Below, in pieces: positions 9,876 through 22,510 of a stretch of 64,000 nucleotides of DNA. The notes beneath the pieces were generated by a model. That model was not told where the DNA came from. It did not search any database and saw only the letters and a program-made list of their open reading frames with translations. This stretch comes from Daphnia carinata (lineage: Eukaryota), in the NCBI RefSeq assembly GCF_022539665.2, contig NC_081333.1, forward strand, positions 372,001-436,000, in the 5' to 3' direction. A program made the translations under genes and the position numbers. How positions within the stretch are numbered: the first letter of the stretch is position 1; each line of letters opens with the position of its first letter.

Positions 9876-12442
9876 CTAAAAGGATGAAAATACCTTTCGG
9901 TTGTTTAAGTTTTTGGAAGAAGAGCAGTTTTGTAACACAAGCTGACCATCAATCCCTTGAAGAGTTCTGAACGCCTCAAGTTGCTTCAGAGATATTCCTA
10001 CGGGCTCTTTTAAAATGATCCATGTTACAACTTCGTTGTAGGGAGGTGTTGTCAGCGATCCAAAATAGGTAAAGAAACAATTACGAGTTTCAGAGCCAGG
10101 AAGGAATAATTCGAGTGGGGAAGGCAAAAGAATTTCCTTGGATTGACCTTTCAGTAGACGACATCCTTCTATCACAGGGTGCAGAATGGCATTCTCGGTT
10201 TCTTGAACCTAATAAATAATAAAAATTTAAAAAGAATTAGCTAGAGAACTGAAATGTAGCCTTAAAAGATCTCCCTACGTGAAAGTGCCTACCTTTAGCA
10301 TTACAGTTAGAATAGCGAATCCATTACGATGGCTCTTTGCTTCTTGGAGGGAGTCAAAAACCTGATTCTGGTGAACAATATGCATTTCTGCCGCAAATTT
10401 CACGCCGTCTATAGTATGTTCACTTCCGTTTGCATCACATCCCCAGTGGAAATGGAGTTGAAGTAACTTATATCGACCATCAAGGGATCCACCAGTTATG
10501 TAAGGTACAGAGTCCAATTTTTCATTATCAGCCGAGAGTTTCACTAGAGATAAAAAAAATGGTGTTTAGTCAATAACGAGTAAAGATAAGGCACTATCAA
10601 CTGATACCTACCAGAATGACCATCATTATGTACCACTAGCGGGACATTGGAATCGTAGCCCCAGAATTTAAGTTCAGGGAAATTTTTACGAACAGCATTT
10701 TGTGAAAGAATTTCTATTGGTGACAGGTCAAGCCCCTCAGCTGCCGCCATGGCATCATCTGCCAATGCCGCATGAAACAGTACTGGCATCTCAGAAGACG
10801 AAACCCAAATAGCATGTATGCCTTAGGTGAATGTTGTTCCCTAAAAATATATTTTTACCTTGGGTGCATATGGACGGGTTATGGCATGACCGATTCGCAG
10901 GTTGAATTTTCCAAATATTGCATTGTTCATTGCGGCGATGGCATCATGCGCTGAGTTGCTGGAATTATATTCTACGAAAGCGTATCCCTCGACATTCTCT
11001 GGATTGGAACCCCGATATAACTGACAGAATCTAATCGTGCCAAATGCAACAAAAACACTATACAAAAAAAAAATAAAAAAATAAAAGAAGTAATGTGATA
11101 GACATTCGGATACTTTTAGGATTAGGTATTCTTCTCCATCCAATTGAGGAGATAAAATTAAGGGAGCTTAATGGAACATCCCTAAATAATTCAATACAAA
11201 ATACCTTCGTAAATCTGCTTCTGTTTTATCAGGATCCACTGAGGCGATGTAAATACCATTCCACTGCTTCGATGCTTGGATCATCCGATTAAGAGCTGGC
11301 TCTAAATGTACATCATTGTGTGCCCACTGCACCTGTGAAAGAATAATGTGTATCAGGCATTTATTTCTTTTGTGGGCTTCATTCTGATGGCCCTTCGCGA
11401 ATGTTCACAATATGCGTAAGATTATTTTTAATATACCGCTAGTTTTCCTACTTCAGCCACTATGCCATTCAACTGTTTCATAGCCAGTTGCGCGGCATCA
11501 ACGAGTTCAAACTGAACGTAGGCAAATCGATTGAACAGCAGATCAATTGTTTCAATATGGCCAAATGGACGAAAAATCTGCCGAATTTCTTTTTCACTCG
11601 ATATACCTTTGAATCCACTAACATGCAACCTTCCTCATGTGGATGATGTCCGGCATTAAAGTTTTTTAGAAATTTCTAAATGTATATTTATTTACCTTCT
11701 AAAAATAGCCTGGACTGGGAGGCCCTAAAAATAACTGAGTGTTAATAAGTTATATTGATAAAGACTGCACTGATTGAAACAAAAATTTTCCCCTACCTCA
11801 TCGTGTGGGATTCGGATTTGTGTCTCTGAAAGAGAATAATATGTAAATTTTTAAACATAAAACAAAAGACATGATTGTGGTTTGTCATAAACAGAACAAA
11901 ACAAAACATAAAATATAATGCAAATCGTCCACCCTTTCAAGATCAGACCAAGCCTACACAAACTATCATTTTTTAAATTTAATTAGGAATTAGTTTAGAA
12001 AAAAATCTACAATAAGCTTTGGTATCACGCATGAAGTGGTAATAGTAATAAACAATTATCCAATTAGTAAATTTATCTTGACAATGAAAAAGGGCTAGAC
12101 AGTTTCGCTATAAATATGAGATATGAAGCCACCAACAGCCAAGTAAGATCAAGTACCATCCTAATATTTTAATACATCAACATCATCAATATGTCAAAGA
12201 AAGTTTTTCTTAACATAAGAGTTGTATAACTATACATACCAGTGACCTCTTGAAGCTCTGGAGTGGTTTTAACTTCACTATCTGGAGCAGATTGCGATTG
12301 CTTGGCGCCTAAATCCAATTTAGCCTGATTTAAGAAAAAACAACTCTGTTCAGTTGAAAAGTATTCTGGTGAATGACCAGTGAATGTGGCATTGAAGCCG
12401 CGAGAAAATGAATAGTTTTACCTTTTTGTGTTTATGAGGCAT
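9876..12442 (-). CDS. Predicted PUF60/half-pint-like tandem RRM - alpha-carbonic anhydrase fusion protein (481 aa, 10 exons)
   Basis: Exons 12442-12422, 12324-12240, 11825-11797, 11724-11696, 11629-11437, 11332-11205, 11057-10859, 10789-10612, 10543-10293 and 10208-9876 are all GT-AG, phase-compatible and stop-free (1446 nt). RRM1: LHVSGF...FAYVQFELVDAAQLAMKQLNG. RRM2: IYIASVDPD...SVFVAFG...GYAFVEY...DAIAAMN...LRIGHAITRP. CA: SPIEI, NDGHS, QLHFHWG, GSEH, EMHIVH, GSLTTPP. The domains are clear; the fusion depends on the 69-nt intron 10858-10790. Confidence 0.7.
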
Positions 12443-12589
12443 TTTCAGGTCTGATGTTTTAGCTAAGGACAAACGAAGAATATATTTATAACTGAAGAAG
12501 ACTTGTAAAAACACCTATATTGTTGTCACGACTATCGACTAACGACACCGGCAAGCGAATTTCGAAATGACACCAACGATGGAACCATT

Positions 12590-12600
12590 CAGTGTTGCCA
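12590..12600 (-). promoter_or_regulatory. TGGCAACACTG candidate core-promoter motif upstream of the RRM-CA gene (repeated in each tandem copy)
   Basis: CAGTGTTGCCA lies ~150 bp upstream of the ATG. I recall this motif as promoter-associated in arthropods; function here is inferred. Confidence 0.35.
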
Positions 12601-14225
12601 CATTATCATTTTAGATGCTATAGTTGTTACAATGTAGCAGCACCGAACACTTTACAATTCAGGCCATCTTTTCAGTCGTTTCACCGGCCATGTTAACAAT
12701 TCGCTTTGTTATTACTAATTAGAAAGGCCGACGAGTCTTTAGGACAAAGCTTGCTTCAGTGGCGTTCCACGGTAACTTGGCTACACCTAACTAAGGATCC
12801 CTTACGTTTTCTCAGGATTCTAAACAGATAAAGAAAAAAGGGTTGTCATTATACCACAGCAACAAGTCCTCCTTTCCCTCGGTTGTTTCAAGCCAGGAAC
12901 CATGTTTCCATGGCTCCCATGTTAGACCCGTGCTCCCCGTGCACTTTAACGACCTGAGCGATATCGTACAATGTGCGGCCGCACATCGTATTCCATCAGC
13001 GAAAACCACCAAGGGAAGACATTGGGCTAGCTTCACTTTGCTAGTCTATATGAGAGGCCTCTTAGACAGGGATCTGACGTATCAAGGCGTAGGATACCGA
13101 CCTAGCTAATGTCTAAACTCATAGCCGAAGGACTTGTTTACGGGAAACAAGCCAGCTAATTTTTTTGAAGTTAAGGGACATGGTTCTTAATGCCCATCAG
13201 ACCTCGTGTGCACAAGACCTACCAGACCCTCTTCTTCTGCCTATACGACAACCCCACTTTACATTTTGCTTTACCATCTGTTTTATACTGTTCCAGTTAT
13301 GGCTCAAAGCCATAAACAGAGTTAGCAAACGTTTTTCCGAGTCCAATTTGGTCAATAACACTTCACCAGGGATCACGTATGGATAGTGAGAAAATCTAAT
13401 CAAATTCGAACAAAGCTCATATAAAACTTCTAAATAAAACCAAATTGCAAAATCTATACAACCATTTTCATTGTTTTTACTTTCCTTACAATAGAAGCAG
13501 GAATAGCTCTCGGCTTAGTAGAAGACATCGCAGGTGGCTTGCCGCTAGAGGGCCATCCTAAAACTATCATTAAACCTTTTCCTGGCTTCATCCAACGGTG
13601 TTTGCAAATCGTACTCGAGTCCTGTAGAATTCATAGTCACAATCGGCCGAAACATACGCTAATAGAATTGTACAACCTTAGCAACGGTGAAAACGACGAG
13701 GTTGTTCATAATACAGTAAAGTTCCGTGCATCGTCATAGTAATGATGACGAGGTGACACAACCCTTTACGATGAAAATGCCTTGCTGCACCAAACAGATT
13801 GATTATCGTTCCCGGCCACATCAATTGTCCTCTGCTTTGTCAATGCCTCATGTTCTATAGATCATATTACCTAAGCATGTATTACCTTAGATATTCAAAA
13901 GACTTTGGAATTTGACTTGTGACTTACTGAATGACTGACTGGAGACTTGAAATTTCCAATAAATCGCTAGAAACGTAGAATGGCTAAGTGCGTTGCAGTC
14001 ACGTTTTACCAGTATCGTAATATTTCGATGCTTGCATGTTATGCATGCTATGTCGGCTTCGTCATTTCAATCGACATATTCTTAAAAAACAGGAAATGTC
14101 CCTCCCGAGTGCGAAGCCTTCTTCTCTTTACAGGTAACTTAACGGAAACAACAGCCGCTGATCCTGTTTCAGGTGTGAAATGTATCAATCCAATTACGTA
14201 CATTTTTTTAAAGAATCATGTGCTA

Positions 14226-16039
14226 TCACCTCGAGCCACAGCGACAGAATGTTTGGTACCTGGTTTTAAGTTCAGGGAAATTTTTACGAACAGCATTTTG
14301 TGAAAGAATTTCTATTGGTGACAGGTCAAGCCCCTCAGCTGCCGCCATGGCATCATCTGCCAATGCCGCATGAAACAGTACTGGCATCTCAGAAGACGAA
14401 ACCCAAATAGCATGTATGCCTTAGGTGAATGTTGTTCCCTAAAAATATATTTTTACCTTAGGTGCATATGGACGGGTTATGGCATGACCGATTCGCAGGT
14501 TGAATTTTCCAAATATTGCATTGTTCATTGCGGCGATGGCATCATGCGCTGAGTTGCTGGAATTATATTCTACGAAAGCGTATCCCTCGACATTCTCTGG
14601 ATTGGAACCCCGATATAACTGACAGAATCTAATCGTGCCAAATGCAACAAAAACACTATACAAAAAAAAAATAAAAAATAAAAGAAGTAATGTGATAGAC
14701 ATTCGGATACTTTTAGGATTAGGTATTCTTCTCCATCCAATTGAGGAGATAAAATTAAGGGAGCTTAATGGAACATCCCTAAATAATTCAATACAAAATA
14801 CCTTCGTAAATCTGCTTCTGTTTTATCAGGATCCACTGAGGCGATGTAAATACCATTCCACTGCTTCGATGCTTGGATCATCCGATTAAGAGCTGGCTCT
14901 AAATGTACATCATTGTGTGCCCACTGCACCTGTGAAAGAATAATGTGTATCAGGCATTTATTTCTTTTGTGGGCTTCATTCTGATGGCCCTTCGCGAATG
15001 TTCACAATATGCGTAAGATTATTTTTAATATACCGCTAGTTTTCCTACTTCAGCCACTATGCCATTCAACTGTTTCATAGCCAGTTGCGCGGCATCAACG
15101 AGTTCAAACTGAACGTAGGCAAATCGATTGAACAGCAGATCAATTGTTTCAATATGGCCAAATGGACGAAAAATCTGCCGAATTTCTTTTTCACTCGATA
15201 TACCTTTGAATCCACTAACATGCAACCTTCCTCATGTGGATGATGTCCGGCATTAAAGTTTTTTAGAAATTTCTAAATGTATATTTATTTACCTTCTAAA
15301 AATAGCCTGGACTGGGAGGCCCTAAAAATAACTGAGTGTTAATAAGTTATATTGATAAAGACTGCACTGATTGAAACAAAAATTTTCCCCTACCTCATCG
15401 TGTGGGATTCGGATTTGTGTCTCTGAAAGAGAATAATATGTAAATTTTTAAACATAAAACAAAAGACATGATTGTGGTTTGTCATAAACAGAACAAAACA
15501 AAACATAAAATATAATGCAAATCGTCCACCCTTTCAAGATCAGACCAAGCCTACACAAACTATCATTTTTTAAATTTAATTAGGAATTAGTTTAGAAAAA
15601 AATCTACAATAAGCTTTGGTATCACGCATGAAGTGGTAATAGTAATAAACAATTATCCAATTAGTAAATTTATCTTGACAATGAAAAAGGGCTAGACAGT
15701 TTCGCTATAAATATGAGATATGAAGCCACCAACAGCCAAGTAAGATCAAGTACCATCCTAATATTTTAATACATCAACATCATCAATATGTCAAAGAAAG
15801 TTTTTCTTAACATAAGAGTTGTATAACTATACATACCAGTGACCTCTTGAAGCTCTGGAGTGGTTTTAACTTCACTATCTGGAGCAGATTGCGATTGCTT
15901 GGCGCCTAAATCCAATTTAGCCTGATTTAAGAAAAAACAACTCTGTTCAGTTGAAAAGTATTCTGGTGAATGACCAGTGAATGTGGCATTGAAGCCGCGA
16001 GAAAATGAATAGTTTTACCTTTTTGTGTTTATGAGGCAT
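14226..16039 (-). CDS. Truncated duplicate: two PUF60-like RRMs plus a short CA fragment and a novel tail (about 281 aa)
   Basis: Same first exons as 9876-12442. Exon 8 crosses the tandem junction: ...KNFPELK-TRYQTFCRCGSR*. Confidence 0.55.
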
Positions 16040-17822
16040 TTTCAGGTCTGATGTTTTAGCTAAGGACAAACGAAGAATATATTTATAACTGAAGAAGACT
16101 TGTAAAAACACCTATATTGTTGTCACGACTATCGACTAACGACACCGGCAAGCGAATTTCGAAATGACACCAACGATGGAACCATTCAGTGTTGCCACAT
16201 TATCATTTTAGATGCTATAGTTGTTACAATGTAGCAGCACCGAACACTTTACAATTCAGGCCATCTTTTCAGTCGTTTCACCGGCCATGTTAACAATTCG
16301 CTTTGTTATTACTAATTAGAAAGGCCGACGAGTCTTTAGGACAAAGCTTGCTTCAGTGGCGTTCCACGGTAACTTGGCTACACCTAACTAAGGATCCCTT
16401 ACGTTTTCTCAGGATTCTAAACAGATAAAGAAAAAAGGGTTGTCATTATACCACAGCAACAAGTCCTCCTTTCCCTCGGTTGTTTCAAGCCAGGAACCAT
16501 GTTTCCATGGCTCCCATGTTAGACCCGTGCTCCCCGTGCACTTTAACGACCTGAGCGATATCGTACAATGTGCGGCCGCACATCGTATTCCATCAGCGAA
16601 AACCACCAAGGGAAGACATTGGGCTAGCTTCACTTTGCTAGTCTATATGAGAGGCCTCTTAGACAGGGATCTGACGTATCAAGGCGTAGGATACCGACCT
16701 AGCTAATGTCTAAACTCATAGCCGAAGGACTTGTTTACGGGAAACAAGCCAGCTAATTTTTTTGAAGTTAAGGGACATGGTTCTTAATGCCCATCAGACC
16801 TCGTGTGCACAAGACCTACCAGACCCTCTTCTTCTGCCTATACGACAACCCCACTTTACATTTTGCTTTACCATCTGTTTTATACTGTTCCAGTTATGGC
16901 TCAAAGCCATAAACAGAGTTAGCAAACGTTTTTCCGAGTCCAATTTGGTCAATAACACTTCACCAGGGATCACGTATGGATAGTGAGAAAATCTAATCAA
17001 ATTCGAACAAAGCTCATATAAAACTTCTAAATAAAACCAAATTGCAAAATCTATACAACCATTTTCATTGTTTTTACTTTCCTTACAATAGAAGCAGGAA
17101 TAGCTCTCGGCTTAGTAGAAGACATCGCAGGTGGCTTGCCGCTAGAGGGCCATCCTAAAACTATCATTAAACCTTTTCCTGGCTTCATCCAACGGTGTTT
17201 GCAAATCGTACTCGAGTCCTGTAGAATTCATAGTCACAATCGGCCGAAACATACGCTAATAGAATTGTACAACCTTAGCAACGGTGAAAACGACGAGGTT
17301 GTTCATAATACAGTAAAGTTCCGTGCATCGTCATAGTAATGATGACGAGGTGACACAACCCTTTACGATGAAAATGCCTTGCTGCACCAAACAGATTGAT
17401 TATCGTTCCCGGCCACATCAATTGTCCTCTGCTTTGTCAATGCCTCATGTTCTATAGATCATATTACCTAAGCATGTATTACCTTAGATATTCAAAAGAC
17501 TTTGGAATTTGACTTGTGACTTACTGAATGACTGACTGGAGACTTGAAATTTCCAATAAATCGCTAGAAACGTAGAATGGCTAAGTGCGTTGCAGTCACG
17601 TTTTACCAGTATCGTAATATTTCGATGCTTGCATGTTATGCATGCTATGTCGGCTTCGTCATTTCAATCGACATATTCTTAAAAAACAGGAAATGTCCCT
17701 CCCGAGTGCGAAGCCTTCTTCTCTTTACAGGTAACTTAACGGAAACAACAGCCGCTGATCCTGTTTCAGGTGTGAAATGTATCAATCCAATTACGTACAT
17801 TTTTTTAAAGAATCATGTGCTA

Positions 17823-19636
17823 TCACCTCGAGCCACAGCGACAGAATGTTTGGTACCTGGTTTTAAGTTCAGGGAAATTTTTACGAACAGCATTTTGTGA
17901 AAGAATTTCTATTGGTGACAGGTCAAGCCCCTCAGCTGCCGCCATGGCATCATCTGCCAATGCCGCATGAAACAGTACTGGCATCTCAGAAGACGAAACC
18001 CAAATAGCATGTATGCCTTAGGTGAATGTTGTTCCCTAAAAATATATTTTTACCTTAGGTGCATATGGACGGGTTATGGCATGACCGATTCGCAGGTTGA
18101 ATTTTCCAAATATTGCATTGTTCATTGCGGCGATGGCATCATGCGCTGAGTTGCTGGAATTATATTCTACGAAAGCGTATCCCTCGACATTCTCTGGATT
18201 GGAACCCCGATATAACTGACAGAATCTAATCGTGCCAAATGCAACAAAAACACTATACAAAAAAAAAATAAAAAATAAAAGAAGTAATGTGATAGACATT
18301 CGGATACTTTTAGGATTAGGTATTCTTCTCCATCCAATTGAGGAGATAAAATTAAGGGAGCTTAATGGAACATCCCTAAATAATTCAATACAAAATACCT
18401 TCGTAAATCTGCTTCTGTTTTATCAGGATCCACTGAGGCGATGTAAATACCATTCCACTGCTTCGATGCTTGGATCATCCGATTAAGAGCTGGCTCTAAA
18501 TGTACATCATTGTGTGCCCACTGCACCTGTGAAAGAATAATGTGTATCAGGCATTTATTTCTTTTGTGGGCTTCATTCTGATGGCCCTTCGCGAATGTTC
18601 ACAATATGCGTAAGATTATTTTTAATATACCGCTAGTTTTCCTACTTCAGCCACTATGCCATTCAACTGTTTCATAGCCAGTTGCGCGGCATCAACGAGT
18701 TCAAACTGAACGTAGGCAAATCGATTGAACAGCAGATCAATTGTTTCAATATGGCCAAATGGACGAAAAATCTGCCGAATTTCTTTTTCACTCGATATAC
18801 CTTTGAATCCACTAACATGCAACCTTCCTCATGTGGATGATGTCTGGCATTAAAGTTTTTTATAAATTTCTAAATGTATATTTATTTACCTTCTAAAAAT
18901 AGCCTGGACTGGGAGGCCCTAAAAATAACTGAGTGTTAATAAGTTATATTGATAAAGACTGCACTGATTGAAACAAAAATTTTCCCCTACCTCATCGTGT
19001 GGGATTCGGATTTGTGTCTCTGAAAGAGAATAATATGTAAATTTTTAAACATAAAACAAAAGACATGATTGTGGTTTGTCATAAACAGAACAAAACAAAA
19101 CATAAAATATAATGCAAATCGTCCACCCTTTCAAGATCAGACCAAGCCTACACAAACTATCATTTTTTAAATTTAATTAGGAATTAGTTTAGAAAAAAAT
19201 CTACAATAAGCTTTGGTATCACGCATGAAGTGGTAATAGTAATAAACAATTATCCAATTAGTAAATTTATCTTGACAATGAAAAAGGGCTAGACAGTTTC
19301 GCTATAAATATGAGATATGAAGCCACCAACAGCCAAGTAAGATCAAGTACCATCCTAATATTTTAATACATCAACATCATCAATATGTCAAAGAAAGTTT
19401 TTCTTAACATAAGAGTTGTATAAATATACATACCAGTGACCTCTTGAAGCTCTGGAGTGGTTTTAACTTCACTATCTGGAGCAGATTGCGATTGCTTGGC
19501 GCCTAAATCCAATTTAGCCTGATTTAAGAAAAAACAACTCTGTTCAGTTGAAAAGTATTCTGGTGAATGACCAGTGAATGTGGCATTGAAGCCGCGAGAA
19601 AATGAATAGTTTTACCTTTTTGTGTTTATGAGGCAT
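17823..19636 (-). CDS. Second truncated RRM-only duplicate (about 281 aa)
   Basis: Same structure and junction-derived tail as 14226-16039; the differences seen are intronic. Confidence 0.55.
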
Positions 19637-19999
19637 TTTCAGGTCTGATGTTTTAGCTAAGGACAAACGAAGAATATATTTATAACTGAAGAAGACTTGT
19701 AAAAACACCTATATTGTTGTCACGACTATCGACTAACGACACCGGCAAGCGAATTTCGAAATGACACCAACGATGGAACCATTCAGTGTTGCCACATTAT
19801 CATTTTAGATGCTATAGTTGTTACAATGTAGCAGCACCGAACACTTTACAATTCAGGCCATCTTTTCAGTCGTTTCACCGGCCATGTTAACAATTCGCTT
19901 TGTTATTACTAATTAGAAAGGCCGACGAGTCTTTAGGACAAAGCTTGCTTCAGTGGCGTTCCACGGTAACTTGGCTACACCTAACTAAGGATCCCTTAC

Positions 20000-22510
20000 G
20001 TTTTCTCAGGATTCTAAACAGATAAAGAAAAAAGGGTTGTCATTATACCACAGCAACAAGTCCTCCTTTCCCTCGGTTGTTTCAAGCCAGGAACCATGTT
20101 TCCATGGCTCCCATGTTAGACCCGTGCTCCCCGTGCACTTTAACGACCTGAGCGATATCGTACAATGTGCGGCCGCACATCGTATTCCATCAGCGAAAAC
20201 CACCAAGGGAAGACATTGGGCTAGCTTCACTTTGCTAGTCTATATGAGAGGCCTCTTAGACAGGGATCTGACGTATCAAGGCGTAGGATACCGACCTAGC
20301 TAATGTCTAAACTCATAGCCGAAGGACTTGTTTACGGGAAACAAGCCAGCTAATTTTTTTGAAGTTAAGGGACATGGTTCTTAATGCCCATCAGACCTCG
20401 TGTGCACAAGACCTACCAGACCCTCTTCTTCTGCCTATACGACAACCCCACTTTACATTTTGCTTTACCATCTGTTTTATACTGTTCCAGTTATGGCTCA
20501 AAGCCATAAACAGAGTTAGCAAACGTTTTTCCGAGTCCAATTTGGTCAATAACACTTCACCAGGGATCACGTATGGATAGTGAGAAAATCTAATCAAATT
20601 CGAACAAAGCTCATATAAAACTTCTAAATAAAACCAAATTGCAAAATCTATACAACCATTTTCATTGTTTTTACTTTCCTTACAATAGAAGCAGGAATAG
20701 CTCTCGGCTTAGTAGAAGACATCGCAGGTGGCTTGCCGCTAGAGGGCCATCCTAAAACTATCATTAAACCTTTTCCTGGCTTCATCCAACGGTGTTTGCA
20801 AATCGTACTCGAGTCCTGTAGAATTCATAGTCACAATCGGCCGAAACATACGCTAATAGAATTGTACAACCTTAGCAACGGTGAAAACGACGAGGTTGTT
20901 CATAATACAGTAAAGTTCCGTGCATCGTCATAGTAATGATGACGAGGTGACACAACCCTTTACGATGAAAATGCCTTGCTGCACCAAACAGATTGATTAT
21001 CGTTCCCGGCCACATCAATTGTCCTCTGCTTTGTCAATGCCTCATGTTCTATAGATCATATTACCTAAGCATGTATTACCTTAGATATTCAAAAGACTTT
21101 GGAATTTGACTTGTGACTTACTGAATGACTGACTGGAGACTTGAAATTTCCAATAAATCGCTAGAAACGTAGAATGGCTAAGTGCGTTGCAGTCACGTTT
21201 TACCAGTATCGTAATATTTCGATGCTTGCATGTTATGCATGCTATGTCGGCTTCGTCATTTCAATCGACATGTTCTTAAAAAACAGGAAATATCCCTCCG
21301 AGTGCGAAGCCTTCTTCTCTTTACAGGTAACTTAACGGAAACAACAGCCGCTGATCCTGTTTCAGGTGTGAAATGTATCAATCCAATTACGTACATTTTT
21401 TTAAAGAATCATGTGCTATCACCTCGAGCCACAGCGACAGAATGTTTGGTACCGCCCGTCTATCTAGATATTTCGAAAATTCAATTAACAGCCGCATCGG
21501 TTGGAAACAAGCAATCTTGTCCAGGATGAATTTATCTCGGCCATAAAAAATGGGGCAAAGCAAAAGCCGTGTGCTATTTGTTTCCTTTCGGGTCAATATC
21601 TTCTGGAATTATAAGAAATGATAATCCTTTTGAAGAAATACTGAAGTGAGAAAATTTACATTCTGGTAGAGCGAAATCTCCATTTCCTTTGCCAATACTA
21701 TTTTCAAATCAGGTGTACATTGTGCAGTTTCTTTCTTTGCCTGTAAAAGAATTTGCAATGACATCCAAATTAGTTTAAGGAATTATGTTAGAATTAAGAA
21801 GAAAGAATGCTACTTTGGGCCAAGTCAATAAATATCTTCTCACCATTGTAATGTGAACCAATTAACAGTTAATAATTTTCCACCATGGAACCAAACTGCA
21901 ACTAGCACGGTCACAAAATGCCCAATTGCTGGTAATACCTTTAATTGCACATAGATAATATTATTATTGAAGTACGAATTCTCTAAAATTCTTTTACCTG
22001 AATATCATAGTGGTCTGCCACCAGGAGTCTTTCAAACTCGACTAATCTCTGTTTGCTTCTGATCAAGAGTTTAAACAACCACATGTGTTTATTTTGAGCA
22101 GGATAACAAGGATTCCTAGATCTAGCCCTTTAACTTGGAACAGATAATGTTATTTTTCATTTGACTTATAATCCTAAACACAAGTTCAAGTCCAAGTGCA
22201 ATTGCCTGGGGAGTTAATCATTTGAACACCGAGTGAACTGATAGTAGTCCTCAAATCGTCTTATGACTAAGACTTTTGGTGACCACCATTCACATGAACC
22301 TGAATGTTTAAAGCCAAAAACATTAGGTGAATATATTTACAATTCAAAAATCGAAACCTTATAGTCACCTAAAATTCAGAGTACAAAGAACATTACAGTT
22401 TGTGAAGTCAGCATCCAAAGAATCAAAGGAGATTTTGCAATCCATTTTAAACCCATAGAAAGTTTTGAGAGCCGTCCAACAGGTAGTTTATCACGGACTC
22501 CATTACGGCA
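20000..22510 (-). pseudogene. Possible decayed multi-exon gene cut by the right breakpoint of the duplication
   Basis: Exon-like minus-strand segments with GT/AG borders (e.g. AKKETAQCTPDLKIVLAKEMEISLYQN near 21650-21740; ORF 21387-21596 crossing 21453; ORFs 20391-20597 and 20006-20230). Stops are present and no homology is recognised. Confidence 0.25.

Larger units (their letters stand above)
10667..21453. repeat. Three near-identical tandem copies of a ~3.59-kb unit (10667-14260, 14265-17857, 17862-21453)
   Basis: Identical ORFs recur at offsets of 3597-3598. Both internal junctions read GGTACC-TGGT-TTTAAGTTCAGG. Only a handful of differences separate the copies. Confidence 0.97.

Noticed and set aside
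11100..11182. Apparent extra exon (LDGEEYLILK) in ORF 10841-11143
   Set aside because: Its phase is incompatible and it has an upstream stop. Exon 11332-11205 splices directly to 11057 and restores the PUF60-like RRM2.
10667..21453. Plus-strand ORFs repeated in each tandem unit (e.g. 10772-10954, 12843-13109, 13539-13739, 13980-14303)
   Set aside because: They recur only because of the duplication. They are antisense to real exons or lack recognisable domains and consistent splicing.
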